Origin: Blasia pusilla
Lineage: Eukaryota
Reading direction: 5' to 3'
NCBI GenBank assembly: GCA_050084515.1
Contig: CM114271.1
Coordinates: 36,828,001 to 36,892,000, forward strand
DNA length: 64,000 bases
Positions 28,401-41,254 of the stretch are shown here, in pieces. A program made the position numbers and the translations under genes. Each line of letters starts with the position of its first letter. Position 1 is the first letter of the stretch. The notes beneath the pieces were generated by a model. That model saw only the letters and a list, made by a program, of their open reading frames with translations. It did no database searches and was not told the origin of the DNA.

Positions 28401-31156
28401 TACAAATTGAAACTTTGTAGTAGTCACAGTCTTGCTTTTTCATTGATGCTTGCACGAGGATGATAATTTTTTTCTTTTCCAACATAGAATGGGTTTCAGT
28501 CATGATTTCCAATATTTATTTTAGGCCTTACTAACAAAAAATTTGAATCTCACCACAAACCACTCACTCCCAAGAGCAGTCTAAATTTACACACTTAGTA
28601 GGAATTTCTAGATGTCTCCTAATTATGAGTCAAATTTACCAATGAGGGGATGAGTAAAAGCATCTCATGAAAAATAATAGTATGATCCTTAAAGCCAACA
28701 TTCATATGCAACTTTATCTCTCCTTTTTTAAGGGACTTCAAAGATATAATGAAAACAATAAGGATTATCTAAGAAGTGGAACTTCTTAATTAGAGAACGG
28801 AATAGAAATAAATCAGTTGATTCACTATCCCTCCCTCTCTCTGTACGCGTTGTCCTTGGTATTAGAGAATCGACTCTTAGTGAGATTGGTATTGGTTATC
28901 AATTGCCCCACTATGTACAAAGCATGTTTGCTCATTACATGTTGGAGTAGAAGCAAAGTCAATATGTTGTTATGGCAAGCGAATCTCACTACTTGTCTTC
29001 ATCTGTGCCTTCAATAAGCAAGAAGATAATGTGTGTGCATCGATTAGTGTCGACACGGCTCCAAGAGGCGCATTGGACTTGGGTAGGCCTAATGATGCAA
29101 GAGTAGAGAGTGGTAGAATGTAGAGAGAATATAAAGGCGCTCAGTAGAAGAGAAATCATAAACTATATGGCCAAAGTAACAAAGTTATGAGAGAGTCAAG
29201 AACCAAAATCGTTTGTACTTGTATCCTCTAGGATCTAAATTTATTCTTCTGGACCCATGCAATTCACTTGCATTCGATGATTAGGTTGTCAAATGCTCGG
29301 CACCTTTCCTCCATGATTATGCTTGAGTGCCAGAGGAATTGGGAAGCAACTCACGCAACAATCAAATGAAAATTCTATCCTTGAGTAAGAATGAAATCCA
29401 TTAGGTAACTAATGCATTATCACAGCCTCCAAATGACTATGAGGTTGGAAATAGTTATCACTTCTTTTTGAAGGATTGTTGAGTTTCCATGCAATCTGTT
29501 TGAAGAGACTTCTTCCGTAGTGAAGCTCAGGCTATAACGTTGAAATGGTGATAGGACCTTCACATGAGACATCTAGCCGTTTCTAGCACAAACGCCCATA
29601 ATTTGACATAATCTTGGCTTGCATCAGAAAAAAGAAACCAGACCTTGGGCACAAATTTTCCAAAGATTTTATATATATATGTTGGACACTCTTGCAGTGC
29701 ACCTTAGATTTTGGTGAAAGTGCACAAATCAATTTATCTACAGTGGTCTTGATCTTGTAGTTGTCCAACTTTGTTACTTGGAGAGCGTTTGCATCAAGAG
29801 AATTCAAGAGTTGTTTTCTTGCCATAAGGAATTGTGAACACAACCATGAATTTATGATTGGAGCATAAATATGGATTCTCTCAATAGTTCAACAATATGA
29901 CTAGTACATACTAGTTTTTGGGCAACAGTATAGGGAAGGATTACGGATGATGCTACCACGAGCTTGCCACAACACGTCCTAATATACATACTATTGTAGG
30001 AGGATATCTTCTTGATTCCACTCTCTTACCAAGAGAGTTGACAAATCCAATAAATTTGTCATCTCTTTTGATGAGACACACAGTATATTTGAAATTCAAA
30101 AAATAAAAGATCACACCTGATGCAAAGCACATGCACTAGTTTTATATCACTTGCACATTATTCCTCATTACTTGAATAATCATTCCATGCTCTAATTGTG
30201 GTGAACATGAGGGCATACACTATAACTATAAGGTTGGCAATCATGATTGGGATTGCAAAGCCACAGTGGACTATGAGCTCATACTCGAGCATGGATATTC
30301 TATGATCATAGATCAGGGTTCAAAATGCACTAACATTGTTAATGTTGATCCGAATACGAATGAGGAAACGGTGCATGTGACCTTATTTGATTGGTAAAAA
30401 TATGCATCTATGGGCACTATCCATATTTGCACCTTTTGAGGTCATGTGCACTTTTCCGCAATCTTATTGTATTGTAGATTAGTTGAGAGTCTTCTTTGCT
30501 ATCGGGAAGAGTACTTCCATGTAAGTTTTTCTTGGATGTGTAGGAGTGGTTTCTGCCAATAGGTGTTCTTCCACCATCCTCTACTTTTATGAGTTATTGT
30601 CCTTGAAAGAGCCAACTAGTCCATCTTCATTCCCCTTGTAGATTCTCTACATGAGGATGGCCATTTCTTCCTCCATGGACCAATCTTCTTTGAGTTTTTC
30701 ATTCGAGAACCAATCACTCATTATTAGTCAGCCATCTTGTTTGTTCATTGTCAGATTCGCATAGATATTGTGTAAAATGCCGTAAGATTTTTTGAAAATC
30801 TCCAAACAACGGATGTTTGATTATAAGGAGAGGATTCTCTACTTTTCCACTCTCATCCAAGACATCCGGAGCTTTTGAAAATCCAGTACTTCTGATTTTC
30901 TATTGTTTTTCAATCTAACAGAGGGTGTGGAGAAAAAACTCCATGATCAAATCATCAACTAGATCTCACATCATCTTTACTCTTTGGTTGCGTACGTGGG
31001 GGGCGAAGCGTAATACTATTTGTGTTTTGGATCTAACTTTAGTCATTTTTATCTCAACATTCCTTTTGGGGTCACTCTACCAGGGTATTTTTGTCATTCT
31101 ACCTCCTTTTTATGTTTAATAGCTCGTTTTATCATAGTCTAATTATGAGTTATGAG

Positions 31157-31157
<1 letters not shown>

Positions 31158-31240
<83 letters not shown>
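31158..31240. repeat. Compound (TA)n(GA)n microsatellite
   Basis: Directly visible. Confidence 0.98.
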
Positions 31241-31243
<3 letters not shown>

Positions 31244-31508
31244 GAGATTTTATGTGTATATATAAATGAATATATGAAGGGCTAAAATAACGTACTATGA
31301 GTTAACAAGTTTTTGAATGTGAAGAATTATACCTTTGTTTATGGCTTTTTACCCCTTTTCGCATACACACTAAACCTTAACAACACCTTAGAGCAATCTT
31401 CAAGACTCAATTGCTACAGCTGCTCGCTAGGTTATATTCTTTCAATGTCTCTCACTCTCCAAAATTGTCAACAAATTTGATCACGTTTGAACTTGCCTTG
31501 CCTCATCC

Positions 31509-31645
31509 GCCAAAGCCGCCACTCTCAAGCTTTGATTTCAACAAGCTACACCTAACTCGCCATTTTCTAAACCTCTCTTACCTCACCTGCCAAAGCCGCC
31601 ACTCTCGAGCTTTGATTTCAACAAGTTGCACCAAACTCGCCCTTT
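31509..31645. repeat. Short direct repeat, ~55 bp x2
   Basis: gccaaagccgccactctc.agctttgatttcaacaag.t.cacc.aactcgcc at ~31509 and ~31589. Confidence 0.85.
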
Positions 31646-32058
31646 CTTTGACTCATATATGACTTGGCACCTTGCCCTCATCTTACCCTCTCCCTTTGCT
31701 CTCGAAAACCAAGAGGACCCTCCTCTCTTACTCTCCCACCAATTGCACCATAGTGATCTTCTCCATCCCTCCTCCTAACATGCAAGAGACTTTAATGCAA
31801 TTGTTAGAGTGAGCCCTTAGGATGAAGCGATCCTTAGTTTGAATCATAAATCACACCTAAATTTTTGTTGAAGTGCTACTACTCTTCTACTTCACTTTTA
31901 ATCTCTCTTGCCGGGTTCCGTTTGGCCTCTAAACTTGAGCCGTAACCCCTCGTAGTTGCAACTCTCATGTTTACAAGCTCGCCCTGAACTCGAGACTCTG
32001 ACCCTCCCCTCCTCGTTGCCGCTCTCCCTTCTACAAGCTCTCTTGCTTACCTCTCCTA

Positions 32059-32541
32059 TGTCACAACTTTTTAGGATAGATCGGAGAGATTTGGTAGAGC
32101 GCCTTTGCAAGTAGAGGAGGATAGGTTCAGCAAGTCAAGGATGACTTGTTGAGGTCATGGGAAACCTGAGACAGCAGGCTTCCCCTTTGTTTCGGCTCAT
32201 GAGGAGCCATATAGAGAAACTTATTATTTTGGGTAAGTTCCCATGTTTAGTAGAGTTGACTCTCTACTTTGGGAAGTGGCCTTTGACTGGTTACCGTAGG
32301 TCAAGAGCCAAGGAGGTGACTTGCAGGTTATTGAGGAGAGAGCTTGGGAGAGGGAAGGGGATATACCTCAAGGAGAGAGAGTTTGAGAGCTCATTCTCTC
32401 TTTTTTGAAGCTCTTGGCATGAGGCGGCAAAGCTATGATCTTGCTTGCCTTGTGAGTGTAACCCAAGCCTCTCATCAGGCGAGTGGGTTTGGTTTGACAT
32501 TGAGAGAGACATGTGAGAGTGCACACATTCGAGAGCTTATG
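32059..32541 (+). repeat. Terminal repeat A1 (~480 bp) of element B/D
   Basis: Aligns by eye with the reverse complements of ~45110-45562 and ~54080-54548; similarity stops after gagagct(t)atg. Confidence 0.9.
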
Positions 32542-33910
32542 ATTTGGAGATTGGAGCACGGAGTTATGATCATTTTTGTTGGGCTGCCATAGCCACCGTT
32601 CCAAGGTGTGAGTGAAATTTCAAAATTTTTGGGTAGAAATTATTTCTTGAGAGGTAGAAAAAAGAAATCAGTTTACTCGGTGGATAGGACAAGTGGATTC
32701 TGCTATTTGGAGGTAGGGTGAGTAGATCCCATTTGTTGGGGGATGTTGACCCTCAATCTTAGGAGGGATTTGTTGTAAGGCATTCAATTTGCATACCTAT
32801 TAGGAGGGGGCTGTCAAGTTTGGAAAGATAACGGAGATCAAATTCTCCTGGGGGGTTATTCTAGAATAAAAATAGAAGAAAATAAAATATTTTCATGGGG
32901 GACAACGTTTTTCCTACCACGTCATAGCCGACAGTCTTGGAGATGCGCAAATCGACTATACACTTGCTACCGTCGTTGTATGTTGTGTGGTTAGTCTACG
33001 CTTCAAGGCCGCTACCCGGTGTCGCATCTCCTAGTGCCAAAAAAATATTGAGCCACGGTGTAGTTGTGTGCTGCTCCGTCTGACCCTATGTTACTACCGC
33101 TTGTACAGTCGAGCGTCTGAATCTCTGTCCTAGATCCCCCCGGCTGCCTATGTTCCCGATGGGCCGTTAACATTTTTGGATTGATCAAAGTGTTCCGTCC
33201 GCTTTGTTATGCCATGATTTGTAGCCGCTCGAGAATGATCGAGTACCGTGCCATGATTTGTAGCCGCAATGCGCCGCTCATTGCCGCACCATGTCGCTTA
33301 TGGCCGCACCCCCCTGTCTCGATCGCCAAGCCGCACCATCACTGGAGAGCATAACGTGTATTGCTATTGAGGAGGGTTTGACGTTGAGTGTCGCATATTC
33401 TTACCAAGTGTCATGATGTTTGTAGCTCTTCCATGCCGCAAGTATCGCACTGTACCGTTGGACCCGCACCGCACATCGAGGAGATGTAAGCATCGTCTGT
33501 ACTACAGGAGTACGACTGGCTATTTGGAGGATTTGTCTTCACGATCGAGTTGGGGTCAAGGTTTTTCAGTTGCTAAGACGCGACATCGGCACTTGTTGTT
33601 ACGTAACCCATTATGGTCTCGAACTGTGCACGTGTTAGGGAGTCTCGATATTGGGCAGTTATTTGGGATATTGGGTTTCGTGTTGATTTTGAGAGCATCA
33701 TTGATGTATGGGTTAGGGGACATAAACTTGTGTGGGATGTCAGAGTTGAGGGTGTGTCCTGTCGATGAGATGATAGGACAATACAAAATTTTCCGCACTA
33801 TGTCGCTTGTTGTTGCACAACACGCGTATCAGTGAGGGAGTGTAGATTAAATGTCGCATATTGGATTGAGTGATTACTCACGATATTGAGAGTGGTCGTG
33901 TGAAAGGGGC

Positions 33911-35400
33911 ATGAGTTTCATCACGGCGTCCTTTCGGAACTTTGAGAGTCAAGGTGGTGGACCTGAGAGTAGCTCTAGAGGGTTTAGCTACAGTGGTGCA
34001 AGGTTTCAAGGATCTCCACGTAAGAGACCACATCGATCTCCTTGTGTGTCGTCTTCAGACGAGGGGGAAAGTGTAGAGGAGTGTGTTAGTGATCCACCCC
34101 ACACATTGAGTGGTCCTACCAATTGAGCGTACAAGATGGACGATCAGGATAGAGGAACGCGTAGGTTTTCGGGTGCTATAGGCACTATAGTGCTACACGA
34201 CTTCATCGCGGAGTTTAGGAGTTGGTTGAACTCTAGAGGTTCAACTCGTTTACATCATGGAACCGTATGTTCCAGCATTTAGAGGGAGCACCCATGGATG
34301 ATTACCATGAGTTCTCACAGAGATATACCCATGAGATTGAGGTTTGGAGACTCTACTATGACCCACACTATGTGTTAGCAGTTTCTCGATGAGGAGGAGG
34401 AGTGAGGAGAGGGTTCCTCCACCAGTGATGTTGTAGGAGGGATGACTTGCACTAGAGCAATTGCATCGTCTAGTCCACTTCGTACCATGTTCAACACCGT
34501 GGTTGAGTTCTTCGCTGAGTTGAGGGCGAGCTACCAGGGGTACGGACGGAGAAGTTACGAAGCATCCACGACTTCCAGAGGCGCATGGGTGAGAGTTTGC
34601 GTGAGGCCTACATCCACTTGCACCGATTGATTAACGTCACTCAGGGGCACACAGAGGCTCAGGCTATCCAAATCATGGTACGCGATGTTGGGCCGGACCC
34701 AGCGGACATGTGTGCGGGAGGGGATGCTTCTATTGAACACCTCCCCTACGTTGAAAGATGTTTTTAGGACCTCCAAGAACATTGAGTGCAACATGGGGGA
34801 GGAGACTGTAGCCACCATGGGTTCTAGGCGAGAGTAGTCACGATTTCCTGCACCACCAATGTAGCAAAGTGGATTCCGAGATAGGTCTATGGCACCATGA
34901 GCTCAGGGAGGATATCGAGAGGTCGTGCCATAGAGACATGCGCCTTCATATGCGGCTCAGCAGCAACTACCTCGAATTACTTGTTTGTCATTTGGTGGAG
35001 CCCATCATCAACGCGATTACAGTTATTAGGGTCATGGTCGCGTGCCTTTGCATGGAGAAGGAGATGGTGCTGCACCAAAAGTTTATCAGTGTGACTATTG
35101 TTAGAGGTACGATGACACACGCGCTAGGTGTTTGAGCTTGCACATTGAGTTACGTTCGGACCGAGGGTCATAGAGGGCACTCAAGCGAGATGCTTGTCCG
35201 GGTTGGCCAATAGGTCGTGCACTAGGTGGTCCCGTTGGGGGACGAGGAGTTGGATTTTCCTGAGGGGATGGTGGAGTTGCCCATGGAGGAGGTAGAGTCC
35301 CACCACCCACACGCGTTGAGGGAGACGCCCGGCGTGAGGCTGGGATGGCTGCTTAGATCCATTAGCTACAGCTGTAGATTGCCGCTATGGCATTGAGGTT
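33911..35400 (+). pseudogene. gag of element B (disrupted)
   Basis: MSFITASFRNFESQ start; Retrotrans_gag-like segment EKLRSIHDFQRRMGESLREAY; degenerate CxxC...C knuckle near 35090-35135 followed by a Gly/Arg-rich tract. Confidence 0.65.
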
Positions 35401-36339
35401 ACCTGATGCCGGATCCGTGGCATCGACGTCTTATGGAGCCGCCAGAGATATGGAGGATCTTGGTTGGATATGCGGGATTGCCTAGATGGAGGCCGCTGTA
35501 GTTGTTACGCGTGGAGCAACCGCAGAGTTGGATCCACAACAAGGGGAAGCCATGAAATAGACCAAGATACCTCAGTCCTTCAAGTTATCCGAGGCGATGA
35601 GCACCCCATCGATGGATCATGGTCAGAGTTCCTGGAGAGTTGGTGATGTTGTTGATGTGCAGGCACGGAGGGCGATGGGAAAAGTGAGTGCTACGACTTC
35701 TATTGCTGATGCTGAGGAGGAGCATGTGTTGAGCACATTGTTGGGGGCGGCCATTGTTGTGTACCGTGCTCCTTTATTTTCTACTTCCAATGTTATGACG
35801 TTGGGAGGTATGCCCGAGGAGGTTTTCTGGCTGGTTGCTACGCTATGTGAGCGTGGAGTTGGAGTTTCTGCATCACATTTAGAGGTGATTGCAGAGGAGG
35901 TGATGGACTTGCCCTTAGAGCTGATGCTCGGGCTGTCCACGTCATATTCATGGTAGACTACGACTGCTAGGATAGCGGAGATGCCCACTAGACCGGCGAT
36001 AGAGCATGTCATGGTGTTGTTTTGCAGTTGGAGAGTCGAGGAGGTTGTCACATCTGAGTAGCCGATAGGCCCAAATCTATCATGGATAGGGCGTAGGAGC
36101 CAACAGACTATCTTGAGTGTAACTTTGTCCCACGGTGTCGGACGACGTTCTGACAACATGAAAGTTGTCAGAAACGACGTTCCATTGTGTCAGGAACGTC
36201 ATTTCTGACAACTTTCATGTTGAGGTCTTTTACAGCCGGGTGACTTGTTGACCAGGTCACCCGCCCCGGGTAACCTGTGCGCGCAGGTTACCAAGGGAAG
36301 GGCTATTTTTAGGGGAAGAGCCTTTTGGCTCTTCCCAAC

Positions 36340-36352
36340 CCTATATAAGAGA
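36340..36352 (+). promoter_or_regulatory. TATA box in the 5' terminal region of element C
   Basis: CCTATATAAGAG ~300 bp inside the 5' end, flanked by hairpins. Confidence 0.6.
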
Positions 36353-37976
36353 GGAAGATGGCTTTCCTAAGCCATCTTTCTCATGTTGGGCCGTTGGAGC
36401 ACCTCCCTTGCATGTGTGTGAGCTAGGACTAGGGTGCTAGCGTCCGGATTCCTTGATAGCACAGGGTGGACGAGGCTCGATATGCCGATGTAGATTGAGG
36501 AGTGGAGTTTTAGGCCGGGTGTGCCATTTTTACTACTCTTTATTTAGGGTGACCATTGCCACAGATATGGTCACACTAGGGATAGATGTTTTGACCTTCG
36601 CCGAGGGGCACGTCTAGAGGTAGGCAGGGGGTCTGGGGGCGGTCGTCCTGGAGGAGGTCGGGGAGTTCTTCCTGGACGTGGTGGTAGAGGACCACCACCA
36701 CCCAGAGGAGATGGAGCAGGAGTACCAGAGCCGGCACTTCTCTCACACATCGATCAGTTGGAGCAGAGGTTTGCTGCCATGACGATGATGCAGCTTAGGA
36801 AGGCACGGACTGCGGCGCCTAGTGTGACTCAACTTCTACCTCTTACCCGACCCGGGTGAGGATCTCTCTCAAGATGGGATTCATGTGTAGTGCAAGCCCA
36901 GGTTGAGGCAGGTTGGCAAAGTGGTGACTGGGAAGTCTGCGAGAGGCACTGAGCCATCGAGAGGTGGAGTTGAGATTGACCCACTAGAGGGGACCGATGG
37001 GCGGGGAGGCCAGGGTTCCACAGTCGTTCACATTGTTGGAGGTACTACACACACCATCGATGGTGCCTCGACGACCAGCGGTGCCTACAGTTCAAGCACC
37101 TACGTCGACGTCACGAGGAGTTGGAGTGACAACTCCTATGCCGGCTCGAGTGGATTCACTGTCGACTATAGTGTTGGAGGTGGCCACTAGAGTGAGTCAG
37201 ACTCCGCTATTTTCCGCCATAGAGTTGGCGACGATGGGAGTTGGACCAACTAAGGTATTCCGGTTGGCCGCCACGTTGTGTGAGCGTGGAGAGATTACTG
37301 CTTCTTGTTCAGAGGTAGTTGAGGAGGTGGTGGACTTGCCCTCAGAGCCGGTGATTGGGACGTTCCCCACAGAGTCATGGCATACGGCGGCGGCAAAGTT
37401 GGTAGATATGCCAGCTCGACCGGCCATAGAGCGGCAAAGTGGTGACACTGGAGTAGTGTTATTGGATAACCGAAAGTGGAGTATTTCGCTTGGTTAGTCC
37501 GATGGGGGGTATACCACCCAGCCGGCCAGCGTCCTACTTGATTCAGGAGCGCAACCCTTGATGTTAGGGAAGGCGGCGTGTTTAGCGTTGGGGTTACGGA
37601 AGGCCGACATTGAGCTTTGTCCCTTCCAGATACAGACCTCGATTGGGGGCATATCACCCACTCAGTATATGACTCGACAGGAGATTGTTGTCAGAGTCTA
37701 GCCAGAGCATGCGACGGATAGTGCTATGGTGCGCACCCCTGCAATTACGACACCAGCTGAGTCGTATGATGTGTTGGTGGGGAGTACAGTGTTACATCCC
37801 CTAGGATTCATCCTTGACTTTTGGGAGGAGACCGTTGCTTATCGGCGAGGATGGCGGTCAGGTGACGCCCGGATGAGTCAGTTACCGTGCAATTTGCGGG
37901 ATGAGATGGTCGATCACGAGGCGAGTCTGTGACCACGTTGGCAGCTTTCACATGTAGTGTTAGCTGACCAGGAGAG

Positions 37977-39467
37977 TTGTTGGAGGGGAACGCACATGCG
38001 GAGGATGTCCCAGTAGCGGATAGTCCCACGGAGAGACAGGCCATGGCGGGTGTCTCTTCCCATGTTAGCGATGCCTCTTCACCATTATGGGGTACGACTC
38101 AAGAGCTACAGAGGAGTGCCGACGACCTCGTGAGGCAGGCGTGGAGTCATGTTTTTATCCCAGAGCAGCAAGAGTCACGTGGCAATCGGGCTCTTGGAGT
38201 GGAGACGATGACCCCACTAGATACCACACCTGTTGTGTGGCAGTTCCCAGAGGAGGGTGTGAGGGTGTTAGATCTCTTCGGAGGGATTAAGACCGGATTG
38301 GTTGCCATATTGCAGGCGGGCATACGGGTGCATCAGTACCTTTATGTGGAGAGAGATGAGACCGCGCAGCGAGTATCATTACGTTACGTGGCGAGATTGG
38401 TCTTGAGGTATCCTGAGTTGTTGTCGGTATTTGCAGTACGGGGATACCAGCATATGCTACCCGCCGACATCTCTTTGGTGGGGCCGCAGGATCTGGATAG
38501 AGTTGGCACCATTCATTTGGTGATTCTTTGGATGGCCATGTCGGGTCATTCATCAAGAAGGCGAGGATTTGGATTGCAGGATCCGAGGTCATGGATGTTT
38601 TGGGAGATGCTGCGAGTAGTACGACACTTGCAGGAGAGTCAGATATGTTCTCCTGCGTACATTTTGGAGAACGTGGCATTGTTGGGAGACACTCGTGCAC
38701 CTATGATGACGAGTGTACATCAGGTGAGGTCCTCGTTGGGACCTGCTGTGTTGTTAGATGCAGCGAGAGTTGGGTCACGTGCCCATCGTCCACGACTGTG
38801 GTGGACGAACCTGATACCATCACAGGTACTGAGTCGAGCATACAGTGGAGTCCAGAGAGCACCACATCTCACGGTGGATGCTATTTTGGGCTCAGGGCGT
38901 CGGTCTCAGGTGGTGACACGCGATGATAGACCACCGTTGGCCACGGCCAATAGGGTGGGGGAGTTGAGGGCATCCTTACCTACGTTGGTGAGCTTCCCAG
39001 CATCCCATGCCTTTTGTCAGGGAGGGCCAGGCATGATTTGGAATGAGGTGACCGGAGCATTGGAGGAGCCTACAGCAGATGAGCGCGAGCGCGCCATGGG
39101 GTTCACCACCGATACTACGGCGGTGCCACGGATGACTGAGGCATCACGGAGACAGATGTTGGGGCAGGCGATGGACCTCAATTGTCTCACATGGATAATC
39201 AGCCTAGGTATGGCTGAGCAGAGACGGATGCGAGTGTCATCCATGCCGTCACGTCCACGAGTTGGACCATTGCCTACAGGGTCTGTACAGGCATTGGCTG
39301 GGGGCGAGACGAGGAGAGATAGGCACCCATGGACTTCCTGGGACGTCGTTCGAGCAGAGAGTGCGAAGGCGGCTAGAGAAGCACATATTCATTTTTCAGA
39401 TGTGGAGCATGGTGTAGGAGGTCAGAGTGGAGTGGCTATTGCAGAGGTGGCTAGGGTTGCTACATAG
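37977..39467 (+). CDS. DNMT3-like C5-cytosine DNA methyltransferase domain within the retroelement polyprotein (catalytic motif IV locally out of frame)
   Basis: Motif I VRVLDLFGGI; II YLYVERD; IV GWPC in a shifted frame at 38530-38541; VI YILENV; VIII LLDAARVGSRAHRPRLWWTNL; IX ERERAMGF; X RRQMLGQAMD. The order and wording parallel the DNMT3 catalytic domain (IRVLSLFDGI, GGSPC, LFENV, AAHRARYFWGNL, EMERVFGF, RQRLLGRSW). Confidence 0.92.
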   Translation: MLEGNAHAEDVPVADSPTERQAMAGVSSHVSDASSPLWGTTQELQRSADDLVRQAWSHVFIPEQQESRGNRALGVETMTPLDTTPVVWQFPEEGVRVLDLFGGIKTGLVAILQAGIRVHQYLYVERDETAQRVSLRYVARLVLRYPELLSVFAVRGYQHMLPADISLVGPQDLDRVGTIHLVILWMAMSGHSSRRRGFGLQDPRSWMFWEMLRVVRHLQESQICSPAYILENVALLGDTRAPMMTSVHQVRSSLGPAVLLDAARVGSRAHRPRLWWTNLIPSQVLSRAYSGVQRAPHLTVDAILGSGRRSQVVTRDDRPPLATANRVGELRASLPTLVSFPASHAFCQGGPGMIWNEVTGALEEPTADERERAMGFTTDTTAVPRMTEASRRQMLGQAMDLNCLTWIISLGMAEQRRMRVSSMPSRPRVGPLPTGSVQALAGGETRRDRHPWTSWDVVRAESAKAAREAHIHFSDVEHGVGGQSGVAIAEVARVAT

Positions 39468-39599
39468 CAACCAAAGCCGGAGGTTGCGTCCTCTGCCAGT
39501 GAGGTCACGATGGAGACTTGGGAGCCTGTGATAGGTCTCAAGTTGATAGGAGGAGAGCGACGGCGAGTTCATAGATTTCTGAGAGGGCATGTCAGTTGT

Positions 39600-40905
39600 T
39601 TTGCCTTCAGTATGAGAGACTTGGGTACGCTGAAGGGTCATGGTATACGGATTGAGTTGGCTAGTGATACGCCGGTCTTTCGTCGACCCTACAGGTATTC
39701 TGATATGGAGCGAGCCTTGATTGAGATCAGGAGTCATGACTTGTGGAGTTATCACATGGGGAGTATGCATCTGCCACAGTCATGCCGACGAAGAAGGATA
39801 TGTATGGCAATTGGACGGATATGCGGATGTGTGGAGATTACCGTCCTATCAACCGACAGACGAGGTCAGATCGCCACGCCATGCCTACTCGTGAGGAGAT
39901 CTTTGATGTGGTAGGGCATGCAAAGATCTTCAGTACATAAGATCTCCGTGTTGGCTATCATCAGCTTCCTATCAGGTTGGAGGACAGGGAGAAGAGAGCA
40001 TTATGGGGGATAGATCGATTCGGGAGAGATTGCTAATATCAGTGGCGGTTCTTACCATTTGGGTTGAAGAACGCGCCTGCGGAGTTTCAGAGAGTGATGG
40101 ATAGGATTCTGGCTGGCTTGGATTTTGTACGATGTTACATAGATGATATTCTTATCTTTAGTTCCACGGTTGAGGAGCATGAGCGACACTTGGAGGAGGT
40201 GTTTCGGGCGATTGATTACATGGACTGAAGTTACATCCAGGCAAGTGCAGATTCTTTCAAGAGCAGATTGAGTACTTGGGACACACCATATACCCGAGTG
40301 GGTTAGGCGTTCAGCAGACAAAGGTAGAGGCTATTGCGCAGATTCCACGCCCTACAGATGTGAGTCGAGTCCGAGCATTTCTTGGACTGGCGAACTTCTA
40401 TCGACGGTATGTCAAGGATTTTAGTGCGATCGCAAAGTCTTTGACCTTGTTGACGAGTCTTGATCATGTTTGGTTTTGGGGAGATGATTAGGAGCGAGCA
40501 TTTCAGGAGCTCAAGGACAGGTTGACGTCCTCACCCATTTTACAGAGACCGGTTAGGGGTCGCCCATTCCAGTTACATATGGATTGGAGCATGTTGGGTC
40601 TAGGAGCAGTGCTTACTCAGAGGGATGATGAGGAGAGGGAGTTCGTTGTGGCTTACGCGAGCCGATCGAACAACATTGTAGAGGCAAAGTACAGCTCCTA
40701 CGAGGGAGAGTGCTTGGCTGCAGTATGGGCCGTGGCACATTTTAGGTGCTATTTATTCGGCAACCCTCTCACACTTATCATTGATCATCAACCGTTGAGG
40801 TGGTTGATGGAGTCCCACAAGCTTATGAGAAAGCTTGCCAGGTGGGCTCTATTACTACAGGAGTATGAGTTTGAGGTGGTTTATAGGCCAAGTCGCATGA
40901 ACTAG
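39600..40905 (+). pseudogene. Ty3/gypsy reverse transcriptase and RNase H of element C
   Basis: RMCGDYRPIN, GYHQL, LPFGLKNAPAEFQRVMD, YIDDILIFS, VRAFLGLANFYRRYV; RNase H FQLHMDWS...GLGAVLTQ...VAYASR...YEGECLAAVWAV...DHQPL. Several stops and frameshifts. Confidence 0.95.
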
Positions 40906-41254
40906 GATGCGGATGGGTTGAGTCGTAACCCATGTCCGAGTCAGAGAGACGACACAGGAGCTCGATGGCACGGAGAGAGTGATGAGGAGATGGTGCTCGG
41001 TTGGCATGCATCTGCCTATCTTTGTTGGTTGACTATGGCAGGTCAGCCACAGGTGATGACTCCATTGGTGGGATTGGATGATGAGTCTTTGGATCGGGAG
41101 GTTAGTGAGGAGGCGACAGGTGGTCGTGATATCCATGACGACGTGGAGGTTGTGGAGTTCTTGCGATTTGGCGTCATTGTAGTGAAGTGAGTGCTAGGGA
41201 GCGGATCGGATCCCTGAGAGAGCCAAGAGGTTCAGGTGGGAGGGGACTCACATT

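Noticed and set aside
26100-31100. Possible further DNA transposon (gactag/tagtc-rich repeats, short Cys-containing frames near 30180-30395)
   Set aside because: Probably decayed TE sequence, but no motif was recognisable enough to name it.
37977-39467. Host DNMT3/DRM gene or bacterial contamination
   Set aside because: Intronless, collinear with PR and RT in several copies, and enclosed by element termini and a TSD.
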